Assembly (NCBI RefSeq): GCF_000012905.2
Contig: NC_007494.2
Coordinates: forward strand, 390,001 to 422,000
Length of the DNA stretch: 32,000 bases
Direction of reading: 5' to 3'
Source of the DNA: Cereibacter sphaeroides 2.4.1
GTDB lineage: Bacteria; Pseudomonadota; Alphaproteobacteria; Rhodobacterales; Rhodobacteraceae
The notes beneath the pieces are model-generated. The model was given only the letters and a program-made list of their open reading frames with translations, made no database searches and was not told the DNA's origin. A program made the position numbers and the translations under genes. This document shows positions 8,751 through 18,143 of the stretch, piece after piece (the first letter of the stretch is position 1; every line of letters begins with the position of its first letter).

Positions 8751-9587
8751 TCAGACCCCCTTGCCCGCATCCGACCCGGCCCGCGCGCGCCTGCGCCCGA
8801 GCACCCAGACGGTGACGAGGAACACCCCGATCACCGCGAAGGAGAAGACCGTGGTCAGCGTGCCGAGCGCGAAGATCACCGGCGTCGTCACATTGGTGGT
8901 CATGCCGTAGATCTCGAGCGGCAGCGTGTTGTAGCTGCCCGCGGTCAGCAGCGTCCGGGCGAATTCGTCGTAGGAGAGCGTGAAGCCGAACAGGGCCACC
9001 CCGATCAGCGACGGCGCGATGATCGGCAGCACCACATGGCGGATCGTCTGCCAGGCGCTGGCCCCCTGATCGCGCGCGGCCTCTTCGTAGGCGGGATTGA
9101 AGCGGTTGAAGACGGCGAACATGATGAGAAGGCCGAAGGGCAGCGTCCAGGTGAGCTGCGCGCCGAAGCCCGAACTCGCCCAGTGCACCGGCAGGCCCGC
9201 CTGCGAGAAGATGAGCCCCACTCCGAGCGAGACGAGGATCGAGGGGATCACGAGGCTGGCCACAACGAGCTGGAACAGGAGGGCCGAGCCTGCGAACCTC
9301 TTGCGGAAGGCGAGGCCCCCCATCACCGACACGGTGACGGTCGTGACCATGACGAGAAGGCCCAGCAGGAGCGACCGGCCGAAGGCGCCCCAGATGTCGC
9401 CCACCGCCTGCTCCTGGAAGAGATCGCGGAACCAGTGCAGCGAGACGCCGCGCATGGGGAAGGTGAGCCCGCCCTCCGGGCCCTGGAAGGAGAGGATCGC
9501 GATGGTGATCGTGGGCCCGTAGAGGAACAGGAGGAACAGGCCGAAGACGGCGGCGAGGATGTAGAACGAGCGCGGACGCGGCTCCAT
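8751..9587 (-). CDS. ABC transporter permease (PotC-like)
   Basis: 278-aa ORF with six TM segments and an EAA-loop-like YEEAARDQGASAWQTIRHVVLP motif. Confidence 0.9.
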   Translation of the reverse strand: MEPRPRSFYILAAVFGLFLLFLYGPTITIAILSFQGPEGGLTFPMRGVSLHWFRDLFQEQAVGDIWGAFGRSLLLGLLVMVTTVTVSVMGGLAFRKRFAGSALLFQLVVASLVIPSILVSLGVGLIFSQAGLPVHWASSGFGAQLTWTLPFGLLIMFAVFNRFNPAYEEAARDQGASAWQTIRHVVLPIIAPSLIGVALFGFTLSYDEFARTLLTAGSYNTLPLEIYGMTTNVTTPVIFALGTLTTVFSFAVIGVFLVTVWVLGRRRARAGSDAGKGV

Positions 9588-9588
9588 C

Positions 9589-10452
9589 TCAGAGCTCCTT
9601 CCGGATATCGACGAGGCGCAGCAGGATGCCGATGGTGAGAAGCACGGTCGCGAGCAGCACCACCGCCGTGGCCGAAGCCGAGGGATATTGCAGCAGCGCG
9701 ATGTCGTTCGAGATCAGCCGGCCCACATTCGCCGCCTGCGAGCCCGACATGAAGCGCACGGTGATGAAGTCGCCCATGACGAGGGTGATGACGAAGATCG
9801 AGCCGATCATGATGCCGGGCTTGGTCAGGGGCAGGATCACGTTCCAGAGCGTCTGGAAGCCCGAGGCCCCGGCGTCGCTGGCCGCCTCGAGGAGGCTCCG
9901 GTCGATCCGCATCATGGTGTTGAAGATCGGCACCACCATGAACAGCGTGTAGAGATGCACGAAGGCCAGGATCACCGAGAAGTCCGAGAAGAGCAGCCAC
10001 TCCAGCGGCGCGTCGATCACCCCCCACGAGATCAGCGTCGAATTGGCGATGCCGTTGCGACCGAGGAACGGGATCCACGAGATCATGCGGATGATGTTCG
10101 AGGTCCAGAACGGGATGGTGCAGAGCAGGAACAGCGCCGTCTGCCAGGTCTGGCTGCGGACATGGAAGGCGAGGAAATAGGCGACGGTGAAGCCCAGCAC
10201 CAGCGTCACCGCCCAGGTGATCGCGGCATATTTGAAGGTATTGAGGAACACCCGGTAGGTGACCTCCGAGCCGAACAGGAACTCGTAATTCTCCCAGGAG
10301 AAGGCCGGGACGATCGAGAATTCGGTGGCCGTCCAGAAGCTCACGATCACGATCATCACGATCGGCAGAACGAGGAAGGCCGCCAGCACCAGCGTCAGCG
10401 GCGCGGCCAGAAGCCAGCCCGTCACGTTCGGCGATTTCAGAATGCGCTCCAT
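9589..10452 (-). CDS. ABC transporter permease (PotB-like)
   Basis: Track ORF trimmed to the ATG at 10450-10452, which has a GGAGGAAAG RBS (MERILKSPNVTGWLL...). The EAA loop reads LLEAASDAGASGFQTLWNVILP. Confidence 0.9.
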   Translation of the reverse strand: MERILKSPNVTGWLLAAPLTLVLAAFLVLPIVMIVIVSFWTATEFSIVPAFSWENYEFLFGSEVTYRVFLNTFKYAAITWAVTLVLGFTVAYFLAFHVRSQTWQTALFLLCTIPFWTSNIIRMISWIPFLGRNGIANSTLISWGVIDAPLEWLLFSDFSVILAFVHLYTLFMVVPIFNTMMRIDRSLLEAASDAGASGFQTLWNVILPLTKPGIMIGSIFVITLVMGDFITVRFMSGSQAANVGRLISNDIALLQYPSASATAVVLLATVLLTIGILLRLVDIRKEL

Positions 10453-10588
10453 CTTTCCTCCGGGAGGCGGGCGGCCCTTCCCCTCGCGGGAAAGGCCAGG
10501 GGCCGGTGGCCAGTGAGGTCTGCGCGGCAGGTCCGGTCGGATCGCGGCTGTTACCGAATGGCTGGCAGGCAACTCATTTTCTAATCTT

Positions 10589-10611
10589 ACAAGATACTTA
10601 CGGTATCTTGT
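10589..10611. promoter_or_regulatory. Perfect 9-bp inverted repeat ACAAGATAC-N5-GTATCTTGT in the AT-rich gap inside the ABC operon
   Basis: Exact reverse-complement arms within the 232-bp gap between the binding-protein stop (10685) and the permease start (10452). Confidence 0.35.
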
Positions 10612-10684
10612 TCACGTCAGATCTGAAAAGCGGCAGCCGCATCGACGCGGGCACGGGCGGCGCACCGCCCGAGCCCGTCCGGGA

Positions 10685-11950
10685 TCAGGCCGCGATGAAC
10701 TCGTTCCACTTGCGGACCATGTACTGGTTCTCGTCCATCACCGAGTTCCAGCAGGCGACGCGGCCCATGCGCTCCTCGAACGAGCCGCCGTCGCGCACCT
10801 CGCCCGCCTGCGCCATGGCCTGACCCTGCGGGTTGGTGATCGTGTCGGTGGCGGGCTTGCCCTCGAACCAGTAGCCCCATTCGTTCTCGGACATGAACTC
10901 CTTCGAGGTCTCGGGCACGGCGGAATAATAGCCCTGCCGCATGAGGAAGCCGCCGACCCAGCCCGAGAGATACCAGTTGATATATTCGTAGGCTGCCTCC
11001 AGCGCGAGACCGTCGAGCCGCGCCGACAGGCCGATGCCGCCGCCCCACGAGCGGTAGCCTTCCCTGAGCGGCTGGTAGACGCAGGGAATGCCGCGCGACT
11101 TCACCGCCGTGATGGCGGGCGACCACATCGACTGGATCACCACCTCGCCCGAGGCCATCAGGTTCACGCTCTCGTCGAAGGTCTTCCAGAAGGCGCGGAA
11201 CTGGCCCGCCTTCTTGGCCTCGGTGAAGATCGCCATGGTGCGGTCGATCTCTTCGCGGGTCATGTTGCCCTTGTCGCCGTAGGTGATCTCGCCCATCGCC
11301 TCGCAGACCATGGCCGCATCCATGATGCCGATGGAGGAGATGTCGAGGATCGAGGCCTTGCCCTTGAACTCGGGGTTCAGAAGCTCGGTCCAGCTTTCGA
11401 TCGGGCGGCCGATCAGGTCGGGGCGGATGCCCAGCGTGTCGGCATTGTAGATCGTGGGGATGAGCGTCATCCAGCCCGACTCTTCCTGCACGAAATCCGT
11501 GCCGCCGGGACCGGAGGTGAAGCCCACGGTATGCGGCGCGGTGCCCTGCGCGATGGTGCTCTCGGGCGTGAGCTTGCCCGAGCGGAAGATGCCCACGATC
11601 TTGTCGTAATTCTTGATCTTCGACGTATCCATCGCCTGCAGGTTGCCCGTCGGCCAGACCTTCTTGCAGATCCAGTATTCGATGTCGGCGATGTCGAAAC
11701 TGTCGGGCTGGGTCGCCGCGCGCTGGGTCACCGCGTCGCTGTCGAGCGCGGTCATGGTGAGGGTGAAGCCCAGATCCTCCTTCACCTTCTGCGCCACCTC
11801 GTTGAGGTTCGACACGCCGGTGCCGAACTGGCGCAGCGTGATGTCCTTGATGTCCTGCGCCCAGATCATCGGTGCGGGAAAGGCCGAGGCCAGGCCCGCG
11901 GCCGCCGCGCCCTTGAGCAGCGTCCGGCGGCTGTAATGGTTCTTCTTCAT
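10685..11950 (-). CDS. ABC transporter periplasmic substrate-binding protein (PotD/PotF-like) with Tat-type signal
   Basis: 421-aa ORF with N-terminal SRRTLLKGAAAAGLASAF (twin-arginine signal) and a family-1 solute-binding architecture. Confidence 0.9.
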   Translation of the reverse strand: MKKNHYSRRTLLKGAAAAGLASAFPAPMIWAQDIKDITLRQFGTGVSNLNEVAQKVKEDLGFTLTMTALDSDAVTQRAATQPDSFDIADIEYWICKKVWPTGNLQAMDTSKIKNYDKIVGIFRSGKLTPESTIAQGTAPHTVGFTSGPGGTDFVQEESGWMTLIPTIYNADTLGIRPDLIGRPIESWTELLNPEFKGKASILDISSIGIMDAAMVCEAMGEITYGDKGNMTREEIDRTMAIFTEAKKAGQFRAFWKTFDESVNLMASGEVVIQSMWSPAITAVKSRGIPCVYQPLREGYRSWGGGIGLSARLDGLALEAAYEYINWYLSGWVGGFLMRQGYYSAVPETSKEFMSENEWGYWFEGKPATDTITNPQGQAMAQAGEVRDGGSFEERMGRVACWNSVMDENQYMVRKWNEFIAA

Positions 11951-11975
11951 GGGATCATCCCTCTGTTGGACTGGA

Positions 11976-12953
<978 letters not shown>

Positions 12954-13096
12954 GGCATCCCCGTCGCTGCTGTCCCGAGGCTGACGCAGCCCGGCCGCCT
13001 GCGGCAATCCTGCAGCGGGAGCCGGCCCGCGGGATTCTTCCACTGCCTGAAATTCAGGCCCTCCCCGCCGCTCGGGACCATGATCCGATGCAGGAT

Positions 13097-13104
13097 TGTA
13101 TACA
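13097..13104. promoter_or_regulatory. TGTATACA palindrome (GT-N-AC type, candidate GntR operator) in the divergent intergenic region
   Basis: 8-bp perfect palindrome in an AT-rich patch between the ABC operon start (12953) and the gntR-type gene start (13165). Confidence 0.3.
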
Positions 13105-13164
13105 TATCTGTCCGAAGCAGCGGCTCCCCTTGCTCCTCCCGCGGCCTGAGGCGAGGAATCGGCC

Positions 13165-13878
13165 ATGGAGATGCGAGGCAGCATGACAGAGGACGCGGCG
13201 GCGCTTGCGGGCGGGGGCAACGACACGGTGGCGGGCCGTCTCGCGCTTGCGATCCACGAGCACCGGATCCAGCCCGGCACGAAACTCGCGGAAGACGAGC
13301 TGGGCGAGATCTTCGGGGTGAGCCGGACGCTGGTGCGCGCGGCGCTGCAGCAGCTTGCGCACGAGCGGCTGGTGACGCTGCGGCGCAACCGCGGCGCCTT
13401 CGTGGCCCAGCCTTCGGTGCGCGAGGCGCGCGAGGTGTTCGAGGCCCGCGCCCTGCTCGAGCCGCGCACCGCCCGCTCGGCCGCGGAACGGGCCACGGCC
13501 GCGGACATCGCCCGGCTGCAGCGTCATATCGACGAGGAACATGCCGCGCTCGATGCGGGCGATCCGGGGCGCGCCCTGCGCCTCTCGGGCCAGTTCCACA
13601 TCGAGGTCGCGGTCATCGCCGATCAGGACACGATCCGCGACTTCGTGGCCCAGCTCGTCGCGCGATCCTCGCTCATCATCGCGCTCTACTGGCAGCGCCG
13701 CACCGCGCTCTGCGAAAGCCACGCCCACCATGCGCTCCTGCGGGCGCTGGCCGACGGCGACGGGGCCCGCGCCGAGGAGATGATGAAGGGCCACCTCCTG
13801 GATCTCGTCTCATCGCTCGACCTGCGCAATCCCGCGCCGCCCGCCCGGTCGCTGCGCGAGGCGCTCGACCGGATCTGA
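13165..13878 (+). CDS. GntR-family transcriptional regulator (FadR/FCD subfamily)
   Basis: 237-aa ORF with a winged-HTH region ([40 protein letters not shown]) followed by an all-helical FCD-like C-terminal domain. Confidence 0.9.
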   Translation: MEMRGSMTEDAAALAGGGNDTVAGRLALAIHEHRIQPGTKLAEDELGEIFGVSRTLVRAALQQLAHERLVTLRRNRGAFVAQPSVREAREVFEARALLEPRTARSAAERATAADIARLQRHIDEEHAALDAGDPGRALRLSGQFHIEVAVIADQDTIRDFVAQLVARSSLIIALYWQRRTALCESHAHHALLRALADGDGARAEEMMKGHLLDLVSSLDLRNPAPPARSLREALDRI

Positions 13879-13880
13879 TC

Positions 13881-13937
13881 GCCCCTGCGGCACATGTGCC
13901 CGCCCCGTGCCGCCCCTGCGGCACATGCGCCCGGCCC
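13881..13937. repeat. Two 26-bp direct repeats (24/26 identical, 31-bp period), each centred on a GGCACATGTGCC-type palindrome
   Basis: GCCCCTGCGGCACATGTGCCCGCCCC at 13881-13906 and GCCCCTGCGGCACATGCGCCCGGCCC at 13912-13937, directly after the gntR-type stop. Confidence 0.6.
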
Positions 13938-13954
13938 GTCACTCATTCCGTTTT

Positions 13955-13968
13955 TTGATTGCGATCAA
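13955..13968. promoter_or_regulatory. Perfect FNR/FnrL-type box TTGAT-TGCG-ATCAA
   Basis: Exact match to the TTGAT-N4-ATCAA consensus. Its centre is about 64 bp upstream of the Rrf2 regulator ATG (14026), and it is preceded by a T6 run. Confidence 0.6.
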
Positions 13969-14025
13969 GGACGTTTCCGGCTTGCCTGCCCAAAAGGGGC
14001 ATCCAGTCTTCCCCCGGAGTGCAAG

Positions 14026-14463
14026 ATGCGATTGACCAAGTTCAGTGACTATGCCCTGCGCGTCCTGCTCTATGCGGCGAGCATCGAGGACGGCCGGCTT
14101 GTGACCATCGGCGAGACCGCCTCGATCTACGGCATCTCGCAGGGGCACCTGAAGAAGGTGGTGATGAACCTCATCCACGCGGGCTTCCTGCAGGGCACGC
14201 GCGGGCGCACCGGCGGCTTCCGCCTCGCCCGCCCGGCGAGCGAGATCCGGTTGGGCGAAGTGCTGCGCGCCACCGAAACCGATTTCGCGCTGGTCGAATG
14301 TTTCCAGCAGGGCAATGCCTGCTGCATCAGCCGCCCGTGCCGCCTGCCGCCGATCCTCGCCAAGGCGGTCTCGTCCTTCATGGACACGCTCGACGAATTC
14401 ACCATCGCCGACGTGATGATGGCGCCGACCCAGTTCGGGCTCGAGGACCCGCTCGAGGCCTAG
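14026..14463 (+). CDS. Rrf2-family transcriptional regulator (NsrR-like)
   Basis: Track ORF trimmed to the ATG at 14026 (GGAG RBS). The product starts MRLTKFSDYALRVLLYAA..., has an HTH GISQGHLKKVVMNLIHAGFL, and a Cys cluster ECFQQGNACCISRPC typical of Fe-S-binding Rrf2 proteins. Confidence 0.85.
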   Translation: MRLTKFSDYALRVLLYAASIEDGRLVTIGETASIYGISQGHLKKVVMNLIHAGFLQGTRGRTGGFRLARPASEIRLGEVLRATETDFALVECFQQGNACCISRPCRLPPILAKAVSSFMDTLDEFTIADVMMAPTQFGLEDPLEA

Positions 14464-15359
14464 CGCCGGGTGGCGCGCACCAGCGCCACCGTGAAGATCA
14501 CCAGCGCCACCCAGATCATCGGGAAGGCAATGGCCTCGGCCCGCCCGAAGGGCTCGCCGAAGACGAAGACCGCCGTCAGGAAGATCAGGGTCGGCGCCAC
14601 ATATTGCAGGAAGCCGATGGTCGAGAGCTTCAGGAGCTTCGCGCCGTTTGCGTAGAGCATCAGCGGCACCGCCGTGACGACGCCCGTGCCGAGGAGAAGC
14701 GCCTGATCGGGGAGGCTTCCGTGCAGGAAATGCCCCTGCCCCGACCCTTCCACCCAGATCAGCACGCCGAGCGCCGGCGGCAGCAGAAGCAGCACCTCGA
14801 GCAGGAACCCCTGGTTCGGCCCGATCGGCAGCGACTTCTTGAGATAGGCGTAGCAGCCCCAGGTCAGCATCAGCGAGATGGCCACGATGGGCAGCCGCCC
14901 CGCCTCGACCGTCAGCACGACGACCGCCGCCACCGCGAGCACGATGGCCACCAGCTGCAGCCGGTTCAGCCGCTCGCCCAGCAGCACCGCGCCGAGAAAG
15001 ACGCTGAACAGCGGGTTGATGTAATAGCCGAGCGCCGTGTCGAGCGCGTGTCCCGCGCCGATGGCCCAGACATAGATCCCCCAGTTGACCGAGATGAGCG
15101 CGGCCGTCGCCGCCGCCATCAGAAGCATCCGCGGCGAGCGCAGCGCCGCGCGCAGATCCTGCGTCCGCCCGAGCGCGACGAGGACGGCGAGCGCGACGGG
15201 CACCGACCAGATCACCCGGTGCGCCACCACCTCGTAGGCCGGGATATGCGACAGCGCCTTCATGTAGACCGGCAGGAAGCCCCAGATGAGATAGGCCGAC
15301 AGGGCAAAGGCCATGCCGCGCGGGCTGTCTTCGTTGCGGGGAAGGGTTGCGTCGGCCAT
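14460..15359 (-). CDS. rarD: RarD / EamA-family (DMT) transporter
   Basis: Track ORF trimmed to the ATG at 15357-15359 (MADATLPRNEDSPRGMAFALSAYLIWGFLPVYMK...). It has ten-TM DMT architecture, and its stop overlaps the convergent Rrf2 stop. Confidence 0.85.
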   Translation of the reverse strand: MADATLPRNEDSPRGMAFALSAYLIWGFLPVYMKALSHIPAYEVVAHRVIWSVPVALAVLVALGRTQDLRAALRSPRMLLMAAATAALISVNWGIYVWAIGAGHALDTALGYYINPLFSVFLGAVLLGERLNRLQLVAIVLAVAAVVVLTVEAGRLPIVAISLMLTWGCYAYLKKSLPIGPNQGFLLEVLLLLPPALGVLIWVEGSGQGHFLHGSLPDQALLLGTGVVTAVPLMLYANGAKLLKLSTIGFLQYVAPTLIFLTAVFVFGEPFGRAEAIAFPMIWVALVIFTVALVRATRR

Positions 15360-15568
15360 CGGATCATCCTCGGAGAGTCCGTCCGCCTTACAGGAGCCCG
15401 CGGCCGGGCGCCAATCCCTTCTCGTGCGGTCTCCCATCGCGTTTGCTGATGGATCGCCGCGCGGCCGCACGCCGCAGGAGCGCTGAAGGCCTGCGCGGAC
15501 CGTCCGGGCGCCCGGCACGGGAGGGTCCGAGCGCCCATCGCCGCACCCCAAAACCGACTGAAAACGTC

Positions 15569-15580
15569 AATCATATGATT
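15569..15580. promoter_or_regulatory. AATCATATGATT perfect palindrome in an AT-rich island (candidate metalloregulator operator / promoter region)
   Basis: Lies in the only AT-rich stretch (about 15555-15600) of the rarD-bfr divergent intergenic region. The hexamers AATCAT/ATGATT resemble Fur-type nATwAT units. Confidence 0.35.
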
Positions 15581-15853
15581 TTCATAGAAAATATTGCATT
15601 CCCTCGCACCGCCGCCCATCATGATCCGCGGCGCCTGCGACTCGGCCGGCGCCGAAGGGTCAGGGGCTGGGCGACGGCCGGGCCGTTCCGGGCAACGGGC
15701 GCAGGTGCCGTCCGCCGCTGACAGGACAGGCGGACGGGCTCCGGGCCTCCGCCGAACGTATCATGGGCGGGCAGCCGCCCGCCGCGCCGGCTCCTGCCGC
15801 CTGCTTCTGCGGGCAGGGGCAGAACGGCTCGAAGGCGACAGGAAAGGACGGAC

Positions 15854-16351
15854 ATGAAGGGCGACGACAAGGTTATCGACTATCTCAACAAGGCGCTGCG
15901 GTCGGAGTTGACAGCCGTCAGCCAGTATTGGCTGCACTACCGCCTGCAGGAGGACTGGGGCTTCGGCGCGATCGCCGACAAATCCCGCGCCGAGAGCATC
16001 GAGGAGATGCACCACGCCGACCGGCTGATCGCCCGGATCATCTTCCTCGAGGGGCATCCGAACCTGCAGGCGCTCGACCCGCTGCGGATCGGCCAGACCC
16101 TCAAGGAGACGCTCGAAGCCGACCTCGCCGCCGAACATGACGCGCGCACCCTCTATATCGAGGCGCGGGATCATTGCGAAAGCGTGCGCGACTATGTCTC
16201 GAAGGACCTGTTCGAGTCGCTGATCGCGGACGAAGAGGGCCATATCGACTTCCTCGAGACGCAGCTCGAGCTGATGGAGAGCATCGGCGTGCAGAATTAC
16301 GGGATGCTCAACGCGAAGTCGGCCGACAAGGCCGAGAGCGGCGACCACTGA
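15854..16351 (+). CDS. bfr: Bacterioferritin
   Basis: 165-aa [40 protein letters not shown]...[10 protein letters not shown]...[13 protein letters not shown], carrying canonical Bfr ferroxidase and haem-Met motifs. AGGAAAGGA RBS. Confidence 0.95.
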   Translation: MKGDDKVIDYLNKALRSELTAVSQYWLHYRLQEDWGFGAIADKSRAESIEEMHHADRLIARIIFLEGHPNLQALDPLRIGQTLKETLEADLAAEHDARTLYIEARDHCESVRDYVSKDLFESLIADEEGHIDFLETQLELMESIGVQNYGMLNAKSADKAESGDH

Positions 16352-16358
16352 CCGACGG

Positions 16359-16387
16359 CCGGCCGCCGCGAGCGACGCGGCGGCCGG
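16359..16387 (+). terminator. Hairpin terminator candidate after bfr
   Basis: Perfect 12-bp GC stem CCGGCCGCCGCG/CGCGGCGGCCGG with a 5-nt loop, starting 8 nt after the bfr stop. The U tract is weak. Confidence 0.55.
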
Positions 16388-17000
16388 GAGCCCCTTCCGT
16401 CGGACCGTCCGGCGCGGCGGCGCTGAGATCGCAGGCGTGGGACAGGGTCTCTGCTCCACGGTCGCGGCCCGCTAGCCCTCGGGACAGCCGTCCAGAGGCC
16501 GCTGGCGGCCCTCTGGCCGGGAGGCGTATCCGTCCAGACCCAATCCCCTGTCCGACATGCCGACGACGTCGTGCGTCTCCGGCGCCCTGCCCGCCCTCGC
16601 GGCGGAACGGCCGGGAAATGCGGTGCGCGGATCAGGCCGCAGGCTGGGGTTCCTTGCGGCCGTTCGGCCGCGGCTCCGGTTCCTCCGGTCCTTCTCCCCT
16701 GATGGAATGCCACGACGTCCCGCGCGCCTGACGCGGCGGTCGGCGCGCCCTTGCATCGCTGCCCGAAAAGCAGGCAGCGGCTTCGAACCGACCCGCGGCC
16801 TCCTGTCCGTTTCGACCGTTGCCTCCTCGCGTCGCTTGCCGAAGCGCGGCCGCGGGAGCACTGTCGCCGAGCGTATCGCAGGACCGCGGAAGCGCGGGAC
16901 GGCACGAGGGAGACTGACGACGTGACCGGCCCGCGGGACGTTTCGTCCCGAATGTCGGATCCGGAGTGCCTGCCTCCACCGCCCTGACGCGTGCCGCCGG

Positions 17001-18137
17001 ATGACCCTGCACCCAGGGGTTCTTTCAGGCATGACCAGATCGGAACTGTCCCGCCTTGCCGTCGTCGTCAGCGGCTCCGTCCCTCCGGACACCCGGACCC
17101 GGATCGACCGGGGCGATAATCCCCGGCTCGACTTCACCCACCTTCAGAGCCTCGGCGCCACGATCTTCACCCGGGATTCGGCGCCCGAGGGCCGGGCCTT
17201 CCTCCGCCGCACGCTGGGCGACCGCTTCGCCCCGGCCGAAGCGGTGGCCGAGGCGGCCGACCGGTTCGACGCGATCTTCTGCGTGGCCGAGGACATCGGC
17301 GTGCCGGTGGCGCTGGCCCTGCGGCTCCGCGGCAAGCGGACCCGGCTGCTCGTGGGGGTGCACGGACACTACCTCATCAACCGCAAGTTCCGGCTCTGGG
17401 CGCTCGCCGCGCGCTACGATGCGGCCACCCGCTTCCTGCCGCTGTCCGAGCCGATCCGGGCGCGGCTGATCGCCGAGTTCGGCCTGCCGGCCAGCCGCTG
17501 CCACACGCTCTGCGTGCCGATCGACACCCGCTTCTTCGCGCCCGAGCCCGAGCCCGAGGCCGATCCGCCGATGATCCTGAGCGCGGGTGCCGCACAGCGC
17601 GATTATCCCACGCTCATCGCGGTGATGAAGGACGTGCCGGCGCGCTTCCGCATCGCCTCCGGGTCGAGCTGGATCGGCGAGGCCACGAAGCTCGCCGTGC
17701 CCGAGACCTGCACGATGGGCAGTGCGGGCTCGATGCCGGCGCTGCGCGCGCTCTATGCCGCCGCCGCCATGGTGGTGCTGCCGCTGCAGGATGTGGTTCA
17801 TGCCAGCGGCTATGCGGTGGCGATGGAGGCCATGGCCATGGGCAAGGCCCTGATCGTGACGCGCACCGGGGCTCCGGCCGATTTCTTCCGCGACGGCGAG
17901 ACCTGCCTGCTCGTGCCGCCGGGCGACCCGGCCGCGCTGCGCTCGGCGATCCTGCGTCTGCTCGAAAATGCCGACCTCCGCGCGCGGCTGGGCCGTGCAG
18001 CGCGGCATCTGATGGAGGAGCGCTACGGAATGGAGCGCTACACCGCCGATCTCGCGCGGCTTCTGACGGATGTAAGCCGCCCGCCGGCGCAGGCACAGGG
18101 CCCGGGCCACTGGGTCCGGCGGCCCCGGGGCGGCTGA
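17001..18137 (+). CDS. Glycosyltransferase (GT4/GT1-like)
   Basis: 378-aa ORF whose C-terminal half has the GT-B motif EAMAMGKALIVTRTGAPADFFRDGETCLLVPPGDPAALRSAI. The start is ambiguous (ATG at 17001 or 17031). Confidence 0.8.
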   Translation: MTLHPGVLSGMTRSELSRLAVVVSGSVPPDTRTRIDRGDNPRLDFTHLQSLGATIFTRDSAPEGRAFLRRTLGDRFAPAEAVAEAADRFDAIFCVAEDIGVPVALALRLRGKRTRLLVGVHGHYLINRKFRLWALAARYDAATRFLPLSEPIRARLIAEFGLPASRCHTLCVPIDTRFFAPEPEPEADPPMILSAGAAQRDYPTLIAVMKDVPARFRIASGSSWIGEATKLAVPETCTMGSAGSMPALRALYAAAAMVVLPLQDVVHASGYAVAMEAMAMGKALIVTRTGAPADFFRDGETCLLVPPGDPAALRSAILRLLENADLRARLGRAARHLMEERYGMERYTADLARLLTDVSRPPAQAQGPGHWVRRPRGG

Positions 18138-18143
18138 GGCCCC

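Noticed and set aside
7626-9638. 670-aa + strand ORF across lrgA, the racemase and a permease
   Set aside because: It is antisense to three genes with strong family signatures, and its composition is that of off-frame GC-rich sequence.
12954-13508. N-terminal extensions of track ORFs (this one, plus 10453-10572, 15360-15551, 19822-20013, 24936-24989, 28472-28663, 13894-14025 and 2767-2898)
   Set aside because: In each case the family-conserved N-terminus begins at an internal ATG/GTG with a plausible RBS. The upstream extension is Arg/Pro-rich, runs across intergenic or divergent promoter DNA, and in some cases overlaps neighbouring genes.
15594-15857. ORF immediately upstream of and overlapping the bfr start, considered as a bacterioferritin-associated ferredoxin (bfd)
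   Set aside because: The translation (MHSLAPPPIMIRGACDSAGAEG...) lacks the N-terminal CxC and downstream CxxC 2Fe-2S motif of Bfd. Codon bias is poor and there is no RBS.
16775-16800. tRNA-like T-loop (minus strand GGTTCGAAGCC) as a possible att or tRNA fragment
   Set aside because: The flanking bases do not form a T-stem or acceptor stem, and no D or anticodon arms are present. It is probably a chance match.
16557-16925. 122-aa + strand ORF in the bfr-glycosyltransferase gap
   Set aside because: It is extremely basic (Arg-rich), has no RBS and no motif, and overlaps equally long ORFs on the other strand. I treated it as non-coding pending blastx.
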